The notes: a model not told the origin generated them from the letters alone. Positions 1-14,127 are shown, numbered from the stretch's first letter. The stretch is DNA of 64,000 bases from Cycas panzhihuaensis (GCA_023213395.1 CM041465.1:246643741-246707740); one strand, 5' to 3'. Numbers and translations are program-made.

Positions 1-1
1 T

Positions 2-1228
2 GCTAGCTTAGAAAATGGCAAAGAGGAAACTCGGTGGGGAGGATGAGTTTTGGGAATCACAGAAAATCGCCTAACCTAGGGCGTTTCTAGTGAGCCACAA
101 CTACTAAGGTTATATGCATCAAGCGGCCAAAGAAACTCAAAGGAAGTGCATGCAAACAAGAGGAAAGAATTTGCAAGCAACTCAATGGAAAAACAAGCAA
201 AAAGCACTAATAGAGCCAATAAATACCTTGAATGGAGAAGAATGAGTGCATGTAGGCACTTAGCAACTTAGAGGCGGCCATGAGCGGTGTCAAGTGGAGT
301 TGAATGTCCTTTGCATGAGAGTGGAAGAGTAGAGCCTCATGCAAGTTGGGAGCTTGAGCGGGTCTTTGGAGTGGATTTTGATGGAAAACCTCTTGAAGCC
401 TTGGATCTTTGTGAGGAGATGGTGCTTGTAATGGAGCTCGTGAAGCGTGATAGCCCTGCAACTCCCTAATAGCGACCCTCTGTATCTACATCCAAGCTAG
501 CATGGGAGAAGCTCTCTTGTCACTCTTTCTTTTTGTTTTCTAATAGAGAGTTTTTCTTGGAAGTCTTGAAAAGTGAGTTGAAGAATTTTTTCTTTATGAG
601 TGAAAAAAAGGCTTTTATGCCTTGGGCATAGCAAGTGAACGTTGGGGGCCTTGGGGCGCCTCCAACCGTTCGGAACCACGCGACAGTGGCCGCGTTTTTT
701 CGTGAGCGCGTGGCTCGAGGCGGTTGGGCTGGCTCACTGCCCAAGGCATAAAGCTTTTTTCACTCATAAAGAAAAATTCTTCAACTCACTTCAGAAAACT
801 CTCTATTAGAAAACAAAAGAAAGGTGACAAGAGAGCTTCGACGTTGAACAGGGTGTGAGGGGAGTTGCAGGCCGTTGCGAGCTCCACCATCTCTCCTGAT
901 CAGGCTCAGAGGTTTTCCATCAAAATCCACTCCAAAGACCTTCTCAAGCTCCCGTGAGGCTGCTCGTGCAGGACATTCAACTCCGCTGTGGACGCCAGGC
1001 TGACGGCTGGTGCCTACATGCACTCGTTCTCCGTTCAAGGTATTGGCTCTGTGGTGCTTGTTTTTCCATTGAGTTGCTTGCAAATTCTTTCCTCTTTTGC
1101 ATGCACTGAGTTTCTTTGACCGTTGATGCTAACCTAGGTGGTGACTTACTGTAAGCGCCCTGTTAGCGCGACCTTGTGATTAAACTCATCCTCTTCCAAG
1201 TTTCCTCTTTGCCATTTTCTAAGCTAGC
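2..1228. repeat. Imperfect long inverted repeat (arms ~2-682 and ~707-1228)
   Basis: GCTAGCTTAGAAAATGGCAAAGAGGAAA at 2 is the reverse complement of 1201-1228. Similarity continues inward to CCACGCG/CGCGTGG around 676-713. The right arm carries many small deletions. Confidence 0.9.
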
Positions 1229-2039
1229 CGACATAAAGGCTTTCTAAAGATTTGAGGAGATAGTGATCCGTCCCGTGAAGATAGGCGGGGTTAGTCCCCA
1301 TTGCCGATCCTTCTCCCCAAGGGTTCCGTCCTTATCCTCTCTCCCTTTATCACCCGCGCTTTCTTAGGAGACGGGGCTAGAGAAACCTTGGAGGGTTGGC
1401 TTGAGTTTCCTCATTGGCGGAGGCCATTTGTTGTCACGCGACCCATCCTGTTGCATGCTAGCATTGTTTCCCTATATCCTGTGGAGACCTCTCGTGGGTG
1501 AGTTAGCCATCCCGAGGCTACACTCAATCCCATTCGGTCTATGCTTTTATATGTTGTATGACGCAAATCGCATATGCTGGCTGATTTCATTTTCCTATAT
1601 GTGCATATGTTGGTGCTGTAACTAGCCTAGTTGATTTCATTTTCGGTGCATACATATAGTTCTTCGGTTGTTGGAGCGCTCGAGGGAGGGTGTTCTCTCC
1701 GGATTGTGCGGATCGCTTGAGAGGCTGGAGCGGCACGTTGAGGACTCAGCTGCTGTGGCCCGTCACGGGAAGAAACGCCTTTCGTTTCTGTTGCTGTTAT
1801 TCGTGCTTTCCGCTTTTTGGCGTTGTCGTTTCTGGATGCCAGCCTCGTGCTGCGTCCTGCGAGAATGCTCTGCCTTGCTGCGATCGCCTTCGCTGCCGTT
1901 GAAGGCGACTCGATTCTCGCTGACTTCAAGTGAAAACCTGCGCTGCAAACTGACGTCTGCCGTGAATGATCCGCTAGTAGCTTGCGACGCTGATTATTTC
2001 TATGCCCTTCCCGCTAGGCGTTGGATCATTGCCCCGCGG

Positions 2040-4550
2040 AGAGCGTTTCACCTGGCTACACCAAAATTGATTAAATTAAAAATGTAATTGCAAGACCTAC
2101 TTGACAAAGGTTTTATTAGGCCTAGTGTTTTACCATGGAGAGCACTAATTCTATTTGTGAAAAAGAAAGATGGAACTCTAAGATTGTGCATAGATTACTA
2201 GCAACTAAACAAGGCAACAATCCAGAACAAATATCCCTTGCCTCGGATTGAAGACTTGTTTGATCAAATGAAGGAAGCTAAATTATTCACTAAGCTAGAC
2301 TTGAGATCAAGATCCTACCAAATCAGAATTAGGGAGGAGGATGTTTTCAAGATTTCCCTTAGGACTATGTATGAGCATTACGAATTTTTAATAATGCCAT
2401 TTGTACAAACTAACACACTTGCAACATTCATGTGCTTGATGAATAGTGTGTTCATAAAGTACTTAGACAAATTTGTCGTAGTGTTTATAGATGACATTTT
2501 GATTTATTCAAAAATAAAAAAAGAGCATGCAAAGCATTTGTGAATTGTGTTATAGTTGCTTAGAGAGCACAAATTGTATGCTAAGCTAACCAAGTGTGAA
2601 TTTTACAAAGAGGAGGTGCACTATTTAGGACATATCATTTTAGAAACAAGAATTTTAGTTGATCCAAAAAAGATCATAGCCATCATGGAATGGCCATCAC
2701 ATGAGAAGGTGCATGTAGTGAGGTGTTTTATAGGATTTGTATGTTACTATGGGAGGTTTCTAGAGTACTTCTCTAGCATTGTAGCTCCTACCACTTTTTT
2801 ACAAAAGAAGAGTGCCAAATTCATATGGATAGATCTGTGTGAGGAAAGATTTTAGTTACTAAAGCAATTGCTCACCATTGCTCTAGTTCTCATAGTCCCT
2901 GACCCAAATTTAGACTTATCAATCTGTACAGATGCTTGTGTTGATAGCCTTAAACACACATTCACATAGCCAAACTTAAATGCCAGGCAATGTAGAAGAT
3001 GGAATTCTTGTGTGAGTTTGATTTCTAGCCATAATATATCAAGCAAAAGGAGAATAAGGTGGATGATGCTCTAAGCCGATGCCAATATATTGCTGTTATA
3101 AGTGTGCAACAATCTAGTTTGATAGATTCTATCCTAAAAGCTTGTGAGAACGATGAGTATTATAGGCAAGCAAGGGAAGATTTACAAAACCAACAAACTC
3201 AAAATCAAGAAGATGGTAGGATTGTGTGAAAATATGTAGCTTGCCAAAGGAGATAGAATAATGTATTAACCTATCAACAAACAATCTCTATGCCTTAGGA
3301 TTCAGACATTTGGGAAATAATCATCCAAGAAGCTCATGCCACACCATATGCAAGGTCATCTAGGTTATCATAAGATCTATGTAGCAGTGAAGAAATAATT
3401 TCATTGGCTTGGCATGAAGAGTTATGTCATAAGCTTTGCAGTAAAATGTATAACATGTCAAAAGGTTAAGCATCCTACAGGTTTATTATAGCCATTGGAG
3501 ATTCCAAAACGGACGTGGTAAACATCTTGCAGGTTTATTACAACCATTGGAGATTCTAGAATGGAAGTGGGAAATAATCATTATGGATTTCATCACAAGT
3601 TTGTCTAAGAGTTCTCATCAACATGATTTCATTATGGTGGTTGTAGATAAACTAACAAATTCAAAGTATTTCATCCCAGTTTGCACTACCCATACCACTT
3701 TAGATGTTGTTATCTTTATGAATGAGATAGTGAGACTACATGGTGTGCCTACGGCCATTGCGGTTAATAGAGATGCTAAGTTCACTTCATAGTTTTGGAT
3801 GTCCATATTCCCAAACTTGGGTACAAAGTTAAAGTTTAGCACAACCTACCATCTCGAAATTGATGGGCAAACAGAGAGAATGAACCAAGTGCTAGAAGAC
3901 TTGCTTCATATGCACATAATGGAGCAACCAATAAATTGGCAAAACCACCTACATTTGGCCAAATTTGCCTATAACAATGCAACCCATTCCTCCATGGGTA
4001 TTCCTCCTTTTTGAGGCATTGTGTGGTAGAAAATGTAACATACCTCTTAGTTGGAAAAATCTAGAAGACAAGTACATGTCAGTACTAGAAATGCTATAAG
4101 AAATGGAGAGGCAAGTAGTCAGCATTAGAAAGCAGTTGAAGGTAGCCTAGGATAGGTAGAAGAGTTATGCACACCTAAAGAGAACAAGTGAATTTTAGGT
4201 TGGTGATCATGTGTTCTTATGGCTAAGACCCAAGCACAGTTTGCTCAGCTCTCATCGAGAAACTGTGTTCTATTCGAGATCTTGGAGTGAATTGGATAGG
4301 TTGCCTTTAAGTTTGCCTTGCCATTAAATCTTTAAATTCATAATGTGTTCTATGTTTCGTTGCTAAAGAAGTACATGTTAGATTCAAAGCATGTGTTTGA
4401 ATGTATTAATCTTGTAGCTAGGTCGAGTATTGATTTTGAAGAAGAACGTTTGAAGATATTAGACCAAAGGGTGAGAATGTTACAAAACACCATAAGAGGC
4501 AACATGGGAGTTGGAGAGCGACATGCAACAACAACATCCCTCTCTATTTA
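2040..4550 (+). pseudogene. pol: Ty3/gypsy pol (RT, RNase H, integrase, partial chromodomain), disrupted
   Basis: [30 protein letters not shown]; [13 protein letters not shown]; KWEIIIMDFI; STTYHLEIDGQTER; C-terminal EATWELESDMQQQHPSLF. Many stops and frameshifts. Confidence 0.92.
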
Positions 4551-4587
4551 CAACAAGAAGAAGTCACATCAAGGATGGTGCTTTTGT

Positions 4588-4599
4588 GAAGAGGAGAGA
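4588..4599 (+). other. Polypurine tract of the Tekay-like element
   Basis: GAAGAGGAGAGA lies just after pol and immediately before TGTAAGGAC. Confidence 0.75.
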
Positions 4600-7500
4600 T
4601 GTAAGGACTTAGTTCTCTAACCACCCTTGGTTAGGCTGTGACTCTGGCAAATATATAAAGTTTAATTTTCATCTCTAGTTTTATTCATCCTATGTAAAGT
4701 GAATGCACAATTTATGCTTCACTAGGTGTGTGGATGCACCATTTTGGTTTTTTAGCTTAACATGCAGTTTTGTGTAGAGGTTGTTGTCCGTTGGAAAGTT
4801 ATTTGTCTCTTTTTCTTCAAAATTTTATTCAATGTAAAAATCACTCTTTATTTGTTGCTTGCAAAATATAAAAGCAACTGAGTCATTCAGATGGGTAATA
4901 CAAATGGGGGAGCACATGATATGAATGAGGGAAGAATAAGAGGGAAAATTAATGTAAAGCTAGATGTTACATACAAAGACCCTCATGACTTTTTGGGGGA
5001 CAAGAATTCATTTGCCTGTCACAATTTGCAAAGGATGAATCCACCAAGTAAAAGAGGAGATTTGCAACTTTCCAACAAATGGTGTAACGTTAAAAAATGG
5101 GGGTCAAGAGAGAGAAGTTATGATAACTTGAAGCGGGCCTACAAGTAGAATATCTTTTTGGTTTTGAGTAAAAGATTTCTTGCAAATGAATTGTTGAGTG
5201 AAGACATAGGGAGATTAGATTATGAAATCACGAAGTTAGGGTGTCAGTAAAAGGGCTTCTTGCAATTTCACAAAAGAGTTGCCAAAAGTGAACTTAGAAA
5301 GTTTGAGATGCAAAATTGCGAAGTCAAGTGGACTTTGAAAGTTTGAGATGCAAAATCATGAGTTCAAGAGGTGAGTAAAGGGTATTTTGCAGGCTTGCAG
5401 TTGGGTCATCGGGTATGGGCGCTTGTAGATTCAACTTTGAAGTTATGAAACAAAGGTTACGAAGGGAGAGCCTTTTGTATTTTTGCGAGTGTGACCCTTC
5501 AAACATTATGTTGCGAAGTTGTGAAAATAAAGCATGCGAATAATAAGCTCCTTGAAAATTTTCTAATGGATCACTGAGTGGGAACATAGAGCAATTAAGT
5601 TGTGAGGTTGCGAAGTGACATCATGGGTGATGAGTTTTTTGTAAATCTGCATGTGCATTGCATAATATAAGTCAAGGAGGATTGAGTTGCGAAATTGTGA
5701 AATGGGACTTAAGAGAGGAAGCTCCTTGCAATTTTGCAAGGGGGTTGTTGAGTGCAAACATATAAAGACTGGGTTTTGAAATTGCGAAATAACAAGATGG
5801 TGGTATCAAGCAAACCTTTTGTAATCACACAAATGAGCTATTGAGTGGAAAACACATGGGAATAATTGTGAAGATATGAAATAAAGTCACAGACAAAGAA
5901 TTTCTCCTTGCATTTTCACAAATGGATCACTGAGACCAAACATAAGCATATAAGATCTTGAAAATGTGAAAACAAAGGATTTTGCAAGTAAAAGTCTTGA
6001 TTTGTGAGCTCCAAGGAAAAGGGTTGTAACTCACTCGTTTGAGGTTAGATTTAATTGATTCCAAATGCATTGGAATTCTTGATTGTAGATCTATATTCTT
6101 AGATGCAAATGATGAAATATTCATGCAAAATGTGATGCATGTTTTTAGCCTAAAGTACCGACAGTACAGAGAGAGAGTAAGAGCATAGTTGGCATACATT
6201 GATAAATTCGCCTAGATGATTCTCGTTAATGGACATAATAATGTCAAGGTAGATTCATACTAAGCTTATTGAAGGTGTTTGTAAACCGGGATGAATAGGG
6301 GGATGCATAAGGCCATCATACGTAGAGATATTTTGTTGACTTAGACAAGAAGGTGGAAGGCAATTATTGCAATTGTAATAACTACAAGCTTTCATACTAC
6401 CATTATAGCATGGAACCATCCACAAGGACTTGATGCTATCAATGATAGCAAATTGACTCACCAAAGTGCGAGGGTTTAGTTAGAAAGGGAAGAGAAAAAG
6501 GGATCTTCTTCCATCCCTTTGCAACATCATCCTTTAAGAGAAAACAATTGGAGGAGAGTGGCAAAAGGTTAGAGGGTTGAATAGAGGGTTAGAGCCCAAG
6601 AGCAACTAGAGACCATTTTGGTGACTAAGACTGGGACTCTAAGTCTGGAAGTTTGCAAGAATGATAGAGGAGTGATGTCAGAATCTTTTAGTGGAGCTTT
6701 TATAAATTTTTCATTGTTGAATTTTATAAACGTTGGCCTATGTGTGTTAAGTATTATCACAACTTGAGGTAGAATTCCAAAATAGACAAATCAACTCACA
6801 TTGCAATCTCTTAGAGTTTATCTCCATCCCACGTAAGGGATAAGTTTGGTAAGTAGCATGAATGCATGCATCTATTATTGTGTCAATCTTAGTGGATTGA
6901 TTTGACGGTTCTAATTTTTTAGTTGGCTTATGGGATTTGCATTGAGCGAGTCCCCATTCCCTAAGGCTTGAGTGAGTCCCCTTTTTTTTGAGATTATGAA
7001 AGGAATTTGTGTTGAGTGAGTCTTCTTTCCTCCAAAATTGCGATAGGTATTTGGTTTGAGCAAGTCCCCTTTCTCATGAGGGTTGAATGAGTCCCTTGTC
7101 TTTGTTATTGTTCTAGCATGCATGAGTGATGCTTGTAGGGTATAGAATCACAACCTTATCATGGGTGAGTGCCAATGTGGTATGAAATGCGCAAGCTCAT
7201 TATGGTGAGAGCTAGTGATGATACTTGTAGTGTTATCTGTCATGCCATGTGTGGTATGGGTCATGCAGGTCACACAGAGAGAGTCCAAAGTGATTGATTC
7301 GACAATGAACCATATGTGGTATGACATTTCTAAACGTTATTAAGTTGAAGTGTAGTGAGAAGGCTCAAATATATTTAGCAACATTCCTTTGTAAATTTGT
7401 GAACCAAGAAGTCATTTGGGCATGTTATAGAGTTGTGAGTAGAGTGAAATGCTAGTACTCCAATGTTCATACCATGTGCTCTATCTTGAGGGTGATTTCC

Positions 7501-7841
7501 TCAAGAATTCAGTTGGTTGGGTGGCAATTCTATCAAAGTAATTTGGTTGGGTATGATTGATGACCTAATGGTGTACTATATTGCTTTGACACTTAATTCT
7601 CTTTTCTAAAATGTTACTACTGGAAATGTGTTTTGAGTGCATTCTGCAAGACATCTTTGTTATCTTGATCTAGCTATATCTTTTGGGCATATGTTTTCCA
7701 CTATGCACATATGCAATACTCTATTTTATGCTTTTGCAGTTTAAGTGGTTTAGATGATGTTGGCTTGGTTAGTAGACTCAAGTGAGTTAGAACTAAGCGG
7801 GGTCATAACTAACTCTTAGTTAAAGTAGAGGGGTTGTGACA
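4600..7841 (+). repeat. 3' LTR of the Tekay-like element (~3.2 kb)
   Basis: Starts TGTAAGGAC after the PPT and ends GGGGTTGTGACA, typical Tekay termini. No partner LTR in the window confirms the right end. Confidence 0.65.
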
Positions 7842-8316
7842 CAAGGTTTGTTCGTATTAGTCTATTAAAGTAAGATTATAACTACCTTCTAAATTTTAGG
7901 ATGAGCTATATATCCTCACACCAATTTTTATCTAAAATTATTTGGTGAATCTATATTGCCCTTTTGAATTTGCTTATCTCCAATCTTGTCAATCTACACA
8001 TTTCACCATTTGTACCAATTTAGTTTTCATGTTCACCATATGTTTCAACATAGTGTAATGTGATGCAAACTTAGTGTCAACAACCTCCAATAACTTCAAC
8101 ATTGAATGCTGTTGAAATATGGGTTGGGATGCATGGTGGTTACTTCTATCATTGGAAATGTCAGTTTCCCTAGGTGTTTTGTGTTTTTGGAATGGGAAAA
8201 TGTGAGAGAAAATCTCAAATATTTTTAGGTTGTTTTCAGTTCTTGTAAACTTAGATGTTTGTAGGTAGCCTATGATTGTTTTAATTCATCCTCTTTGATT
8301 TATGGGGCTCACATGG

Positions 8317-9196
8317 TGTTGACTTCATCTCTGCCCCTTAGAAGGTACACTTGTCAAAAGGTCAGTTTTTGATAGTCTAAACTAGCCCTTATTGTCAACA
8401 TGCATGTCAATTACACATAGATATGCCACATAAGTCCACAATATGATAATAATCACAACCTTTTCACGACATTATAATCCATTACATCATCATAAATAAA
8501 TCAAAGCAACATGTGATACACCTTTTTCACATAACTTGTTATTCCATTAAGCAATATCAATGTTTACATCAATTTCACATCATCATATGGCTTATTCTTG
8601 TTAGAACACCATCCATATTACAATGCACTTAGCATCCATACTAGAAAACATGCCATAGAACTTAGGTACTTGGCTCTTACACTAGAGCATATGACATAGG
8701 AATGAATAACTTGGCTCTCACATTAGAGAGATTGACTTCTGATCAATTGATTTGCCTCACATCCAAAATCGTGAGAGAATGACCCATTAATACCCCATAT
8801 ATGCCTGTTAGCAAATGGATGTGACCAAGAGTCAGAATCATCTCTTTTACGTCTTTTCATATTTAATCCACCCACTACATAATGATTACACTTAACCATC
8901 CTTGTTCCAATCATCCGTCCATGTGTCTGTACAGTTTTGGTCATTGTTGGCTTACATTTTGCTTGTTTTGGTATGTGCATTTTAGTTTTGACATTGTTTT
9001 GTCGTGCGTTATTGTTTCGGAAAGCACCTTGTCATGCATTCTTTGAGAGGCTTCCATTGTTTTTTGCTAGATTCTTGTGTGTTTCACTGCTTGAACGCCT
9101 GTTAAGTTGAATATTTGGCACTCATAATATCTTGTTGGATGCCAATTACCATCTATTCCACTGCCTGAACGCACAGGAGTCAAATTTGACCCAACA
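8317..9196 (-). repeat. 3' LTR of G1
   Basis: TGTTGAC...GACCCAACA; aligns with 30765-31662. Confidence 0.92.
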
Positions 9197-9229
9197 TTTA
9201 TCTTAGGTCAATAAAAAGTGGTTGAGTGT

Positions 9230-9560
9230 CCTTGCTAAGAAAAAATATCAAAATTTTCTCGCTTCTCTAAATTAGGTATGCCCTTGCAGTCTAGGATCAC
9301 TTGTAGTCTCAGAGGCTTGGAGCAAATCATCATTAATTTGGGGCAAGGTGGTGATTTTGCATCCTTTTCCTTTAATTTCTCTTGTAAAGTTGTAATCTCT
9401 GCCTTGTATCCCTTCTCTATTTCTTCTATCAGTTGCATAATTTGTATACCTTTGCCCTCCATGGGATTTTGTTGCTGAGAGAACCCTTTTTTTGGCTTTG
9501 TGACTATGGGGAATGCCAACTCTATTACCCATTCCTTGAGTGACAATGTGGACTCAAATG
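9230..9560 (-). pseudogene. Remnant of the extra 3' ORF of G1 (coiled-coil C-terminus)
   Basis: IEEIEKGYKAEITTLQEKLKEKDA matches G2 IQEMEEGIKAEIAALQDKIKEKDA (~44625-44700). Confidence 0.65.
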
Positions 9561-10036
9561 TCTTCCATTTCTATATGTCCACGTTTCACACTCTTCTTCA
9601 CCACTTGTTTTGGTTAGAGTGGAATGGGGTTGCCAAGTTTTTATTAAACTAAATTTGTTACATTCATCATTTTCTTTTTATTTTGGAATCTTGAAGGGTA
9701 TTAGGAAATATGTTTACTTACTACTTCATTGTTGGTTACCCTTGTCTCTTGGTCAACTGTAGATCCTGGGCTGCTTTGACATCCCCTTTCTTGTGGCTGC
9801 TTTGACATCCCCTTCCTTGGGAAGTCTTGTGAGTGCATGGACAATGTTTACATCAAGTTGCATTCTCCCCATGTCTTTTTCTAGGGCCACTAGAATTTGA
9901 TCCATTAACTCTAAATCTCAATACAATGGGGGTATATAAATAAAATTTCCCCAACATGCCTATTTTATTTTGCCTTGGAATGTGGTCGACATCCCTTTTA
10001 ATTTGGTCCTTAATTTTGGCAAATGTGTCTCCTGAT

Positions 10037-10518
10037 CACCTATGATCCTCATTCTAACATTGTGGCAGAACTAGTGGAACAAGTAGCAATTGAATTCAAT
10101 ATAAACAAAGGGAAATGCATGGGAAAAAATAACATTAGAAAGTCAGAACTTGAATTCGTTCCTCCAATGGGATGCAATTTAGCTGTGCATTGCTTGTAAC
10201 ATTTTATGCATTTGTTGCCAAGGACACACACTTCCTTTGGCTTCAATCTTGTTGAATTGTTTTTCCAAATCTTTGTCCACCTATGATCCTCATTCTAACA
10301 CTGTGGTAGAACTAGCGGAACAAATAGCAATGGAATTCAACAAAAACAAAGGAAAATGCACAGGAAAAAAGAACACTAGAAAGTCAAAACTTGAATTCAT
10401 TCCTCTTATGGGATGCAATATAGCCGTGCATTGCTTGTAACATTTTATGCATCTGTTGCCAAGGATGCACACTTTCTTTAGTTTCAATCTCGTTGAAAAT
10501 TTTCTTCAAATCTTTGTT
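10037..10518. repeat. Tandem duplication, 2 x 241 bp
   Basis: CACCTATGATCCTCATTCTAACA at 10037 and 10278. Confidence 0.9.
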
Positions 10519-10856
10519 CTGGGCTCTCTAAGTTTTCTCGTTCCTTGGATGACAAGAGTAAGGTATCACACGCTTTAAATCTTGTGCATTTTCCTATACG
10601 GTCCTTCGTCTGAATGCGAGTAGGAATGCATGGTGAAGTTCACTATGTGGTCCTCTAGCTTGTGCGTTCTCGGTCTTATTCCATTTCTAGAATGCATAGT
10701 ATATTTTAAGGGAATAGTGATTAAAATCTTGTATTCTTCAATATTCTTTCACTAATATTCTTTTTTTTTTAGTAGTATCTTCTTTTTTCAATATTTTTCA
10801 TCATATTTTTTTCAATATATATTTTTTTCAATAATATTCTCTTCTCCAAAATTTTC

Positions 10857-10859
<3 letters not shown>

Positions 10860-10899
<40 letters not shown>
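10860..10899. repeat. (TA)n microsatellite
   Basis: About 20 TA units. Confidence 0.95.
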
Positions 10900-10902
<3 letters not shown>

Positions 10903-11229
10903 CTTTTGCCCTATATTTTTGTCCATGGTTTTACTTTATTTTGGGTTACGATTATCATTATTTTTTTCCAATATATATATTTTCATTCTTTTCTCTAATT
11001 TTTTCATATATATATATATATGTAATTCTTTTGCCTTATGTTTTTGTCCATGATTTTGCTTAGGAGTATGATATTTTAGGTTATAGTTGTTTTTTTCTCT
11101 TTTTTTTTTGTATTTCTATTTTTATGCATTTGGACATAATTGTATCTTCGACATTAGGCCAACCTCGATTGTTTGCATCTTTAAGCAACATGCTTTAGTA
11201 TATCCAGTCAATTCTTGCTGAAAAAATAA

Positions 11230-12559
11230 CCTAATGGTGGTAAGGTTTCAATTTGTTGCAATTTATCAACGTCGATAACTACAATCTGCCAATCTTTGTC
11301 AATTGGATGGAACCATTCTCAAAGGTCTTCTCCACCTTGTATGGACATAACCACCTCATCTCTAGATGGGTTCAAAATTTATTGTCGTAGAGCAACACTT
11401 GGTCTCCTTTAGTGAATTGGGGTGTCTTCTGGTGATGATTGTGCCACAACTTTTGTCTAATTTTCTTGACACTCTAAAACCATTGTGCCTTTTGTTGGTC
11501 GTCCTCCAACTATAATAATGACCACAACCTTTTGTGAAGGGGTTTGGTGTTGTCAAGTCAACAGGTGAGTACTCCCCTTAGATTCAAAATTTGGAATTCA
11601 ACTGGAATAATGGCTACAACTTTGTATACTAGTTTGAATGGAGGTTGGCTAGTTGCTTGCTTATATGCGATACAAAATGCCCATGATATCGAGGGTAATT
11701 TTTTTGCCCAATTGAATCTTCCCACATTACATATTTTTCTTAAGCAATTCTCAATTATTTTATTAGAGTTCTTAGCCTGGTCGTTTGCTTGTGGATAATA
11801 TGGGGTTGATTTATGATGGTTGATTATAAATGTGGTCGTTAATTCTTAGTCAACTTCATTTAGGAAGTGTGATCCTTGATTATTTACCAACTTGAGAAGG
11901 CAATTGAATCTTGTGATAATTATTTCATAAAGGAATCGTATAACACTCATCGAATTTGCTTTTTGAAGTGGTTGTGCTTCCACCCATTTTGTTCCATAGT
12001 CAGTAGCAACCAAGACATATCTTGCTTGGAAATGATGAGTTGTTGGCCAATTAGGACTTGCAAAATCTATGCCCCATTTTTTTGAATGGTGCAAGTGGCA
12101 ATACTAGGCTTAGTGGAAGAAAGTCCTATCGTCACAGCTTACTTGTCCTTTGGTATTGGTTGCATCTCTTCACCCATTGATGAATATCCTCAAAAAGTGT
12201 CGGTCACCAAAACCCCAACAGTAAAAACCTTCCTCCATTTGTCTCTCCCCCATGTGTGGCCTCCTAATATTCCTTTGTGAGTTTGGGTGATTTCTTGATT
12301 AACCTCATGAGGTTTGATACAATACTATAATACATCGTCTGATCCAATGTGACCATAGACTACTTGATAGGGTTTAACTTTTCGAACTAAGTTTTGCCTT
12401 TTTGTTTTATCCATGTGAGGCAAAAATTTTCTAGTTGCCAAAAATTCTAAAATATCTTCATACCAATTCTTCTGGAATAACTTTCACATTGAACAATGTC
12501 ACATTAGGGAAATCATCTTTTATTCCTAGGGCTTGATCTCCATTTTCTATTCTTGATAA
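11230..12559 (-). pseudogene. pol: G1 integrase region
   Basis: KKWGIDF; YVLVATDYGTKWVEAQPL; NQGSHFLN; HKSTPYYPQANDQA. Continues across the Copia B insertion to 26453 (HVVLDQLSRIENG reconstituted). Confidence 0.9.
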
Positions 12560-12744
12560 TGTTAAAGGTAATGTTTTATCTAAGACATTATGTTAATGAG
12601 GGCCATGTATTAAACCCCTCTTCATAAGTTTCAGACAAATAGTTTACCGACAATGAGCAGTTATACAACATTTATTGTAAATATAGAGAGAGCCTCTCTC
12701 ACATAGTCAAATGTACTATCTTCATTTATTGAAGGTTTTTTACA
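12560..12744 (+). repeat. 5' LTR of Copia B
   Basis: TGTTAAAGGTAATG...TTTTACA, followed directly by the PBS. Confidence 0.92.
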
Positions 12745-12755
12745 TGGTATCATAG
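12745..12755 (+). other. Primer-binding site (tRNA-iMet) of Copia B
   Basis: TGGTATCATAG versus canonical TGGTATCAGAG. Confidence 0.85.
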
Positions 12756-13526
12756 TAGGGCAAATCACTCATCTAATAAAGTATTGACAATAAGTCTGTT
12801 GTCGAAGAAAGCCAGAGATAATTGCATGAATAGAAATTTGTTGAAGTCTGTTGGCAAAAAGTTATTTAATTCTCAAAGCTGGTGTGAAATCCAAATGAAA
12901 TATGGAAAGCAACTACTATATGGACCTATATACGCATGGTACAAACTAGAAATCTCAAAGTGCTCAAAATCTCACAAAATTTTACCAAAGGTGCATTTTG
13001 GTACAATCACCATTTCTTTCAACTAGGTCAAATTCATTCGGGCTCGCTTTTAGGCAATCTGTGTGGGTTTGGAGTTTTTTTTGCATTTTTTGCTTAAATC
13101 ACTCAATTTTTTTGGGTAATTCTAGACAAAATTTGTTCTCCTATTTAATCTATTTCATTTAAATTTGCTTTCAAGTTCTTTGATTGAGTATTTTGAAAAA
13201 TATGAGCATTTAAAAAAAAAAAAAAAACCTAGTTGTAGTTCAGAGTTTTCAGGTTAGATTATGAGAAAATGAAAGCAGATCTCTCTTAAAAAAATTTTAC
13301 ATATTTGGATTGCTTGCTTTGAGATCTTTCTTTTGGGACCATTTTTCTTGTCATTCATACAATTGTACTTTTGTGTGAAATTTCGTATAGTCATACGACC
13401 CACTTGCCTACAGTCCTGAAGACCAGTCTGATACCCTTAGTTTGCTCTTTAAAATGGCCTATTCTATTCTAGCTATTATGGAACATGAATTCATACATAT
13501 ATGTTCCTATCTGTAGAATCTTTAGC

Positions 13527-14127
13527 CATACCCAACAAGCAAACAAAGATATACATAGAATATAGATGCACAGTACACAGGATTTATGCAGGAAACCCTT
13601 TCGGGAAAAAATCCACCACGAAAGATCCTTTGGGTCATGTTGATTACACCCCTTGAATTGATTGAATACACAAGGGCTCTAGGATATAAATATCCTTCCA
13701 AGAGGTGTCACCGGACAAGGGTTGTGACCCTCCAAATATCTTGCATATTTTTGATAATCATAATTAGTTAAATTGCATTAACATTAATTAGTGGTTTAAC
13801 AAACAATTGCCATGTTAACATTTCCCCATACACAATAAGTAGACAAAGATATACACAGAATACAGATGCACAGTACACAGGATTTATGCAGGAAACCCTT
13901 TCGAGAAAAAATCCACCACAAAAGATCCTTTGGATCACATTGATTACACTCCTTGAATTGATTGAATACACAAGGGCTCTAGGATATAAATATCCTTCCA
14001 AGAGGTGTCACCCGACAAGGGTTGTGACCCTCCAAATATCTTTCATCTTTTTGATAATCATAATTAGTTAAACCACATTAATTTTAATTAGTGGTTTAAC
14101 AAACAATTGCCACGTTAACATCTCCCC
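13527..14127 (-). repeat. Tandemly duplicated 3' LTR/PPT of Copia C, 2 x 300 bp
   Basis: ATGCAGGAAACCCTTTCG at 13586 and 13886. Both copies end GTTAACA followed by T(T/C)TCCCC. Confidence 0.9.

Larger units (their letters stand above)
2040..7841 (+). mobile_element. Ty3/gypsy chromovirus (Tekay/Del-like), 5'-truncated
   Basis: RT-RH-INT-chromodomain remnant, followed by a PPT and a long TG...CA LTR. No gag or 5' LTR is visible. Confidence 0.85.

Noticed and set aside
1627-2087. GC-rich ORFs as host genes
   Set aside because: No recognisable domain, and they lie in a suspected low-quality region.
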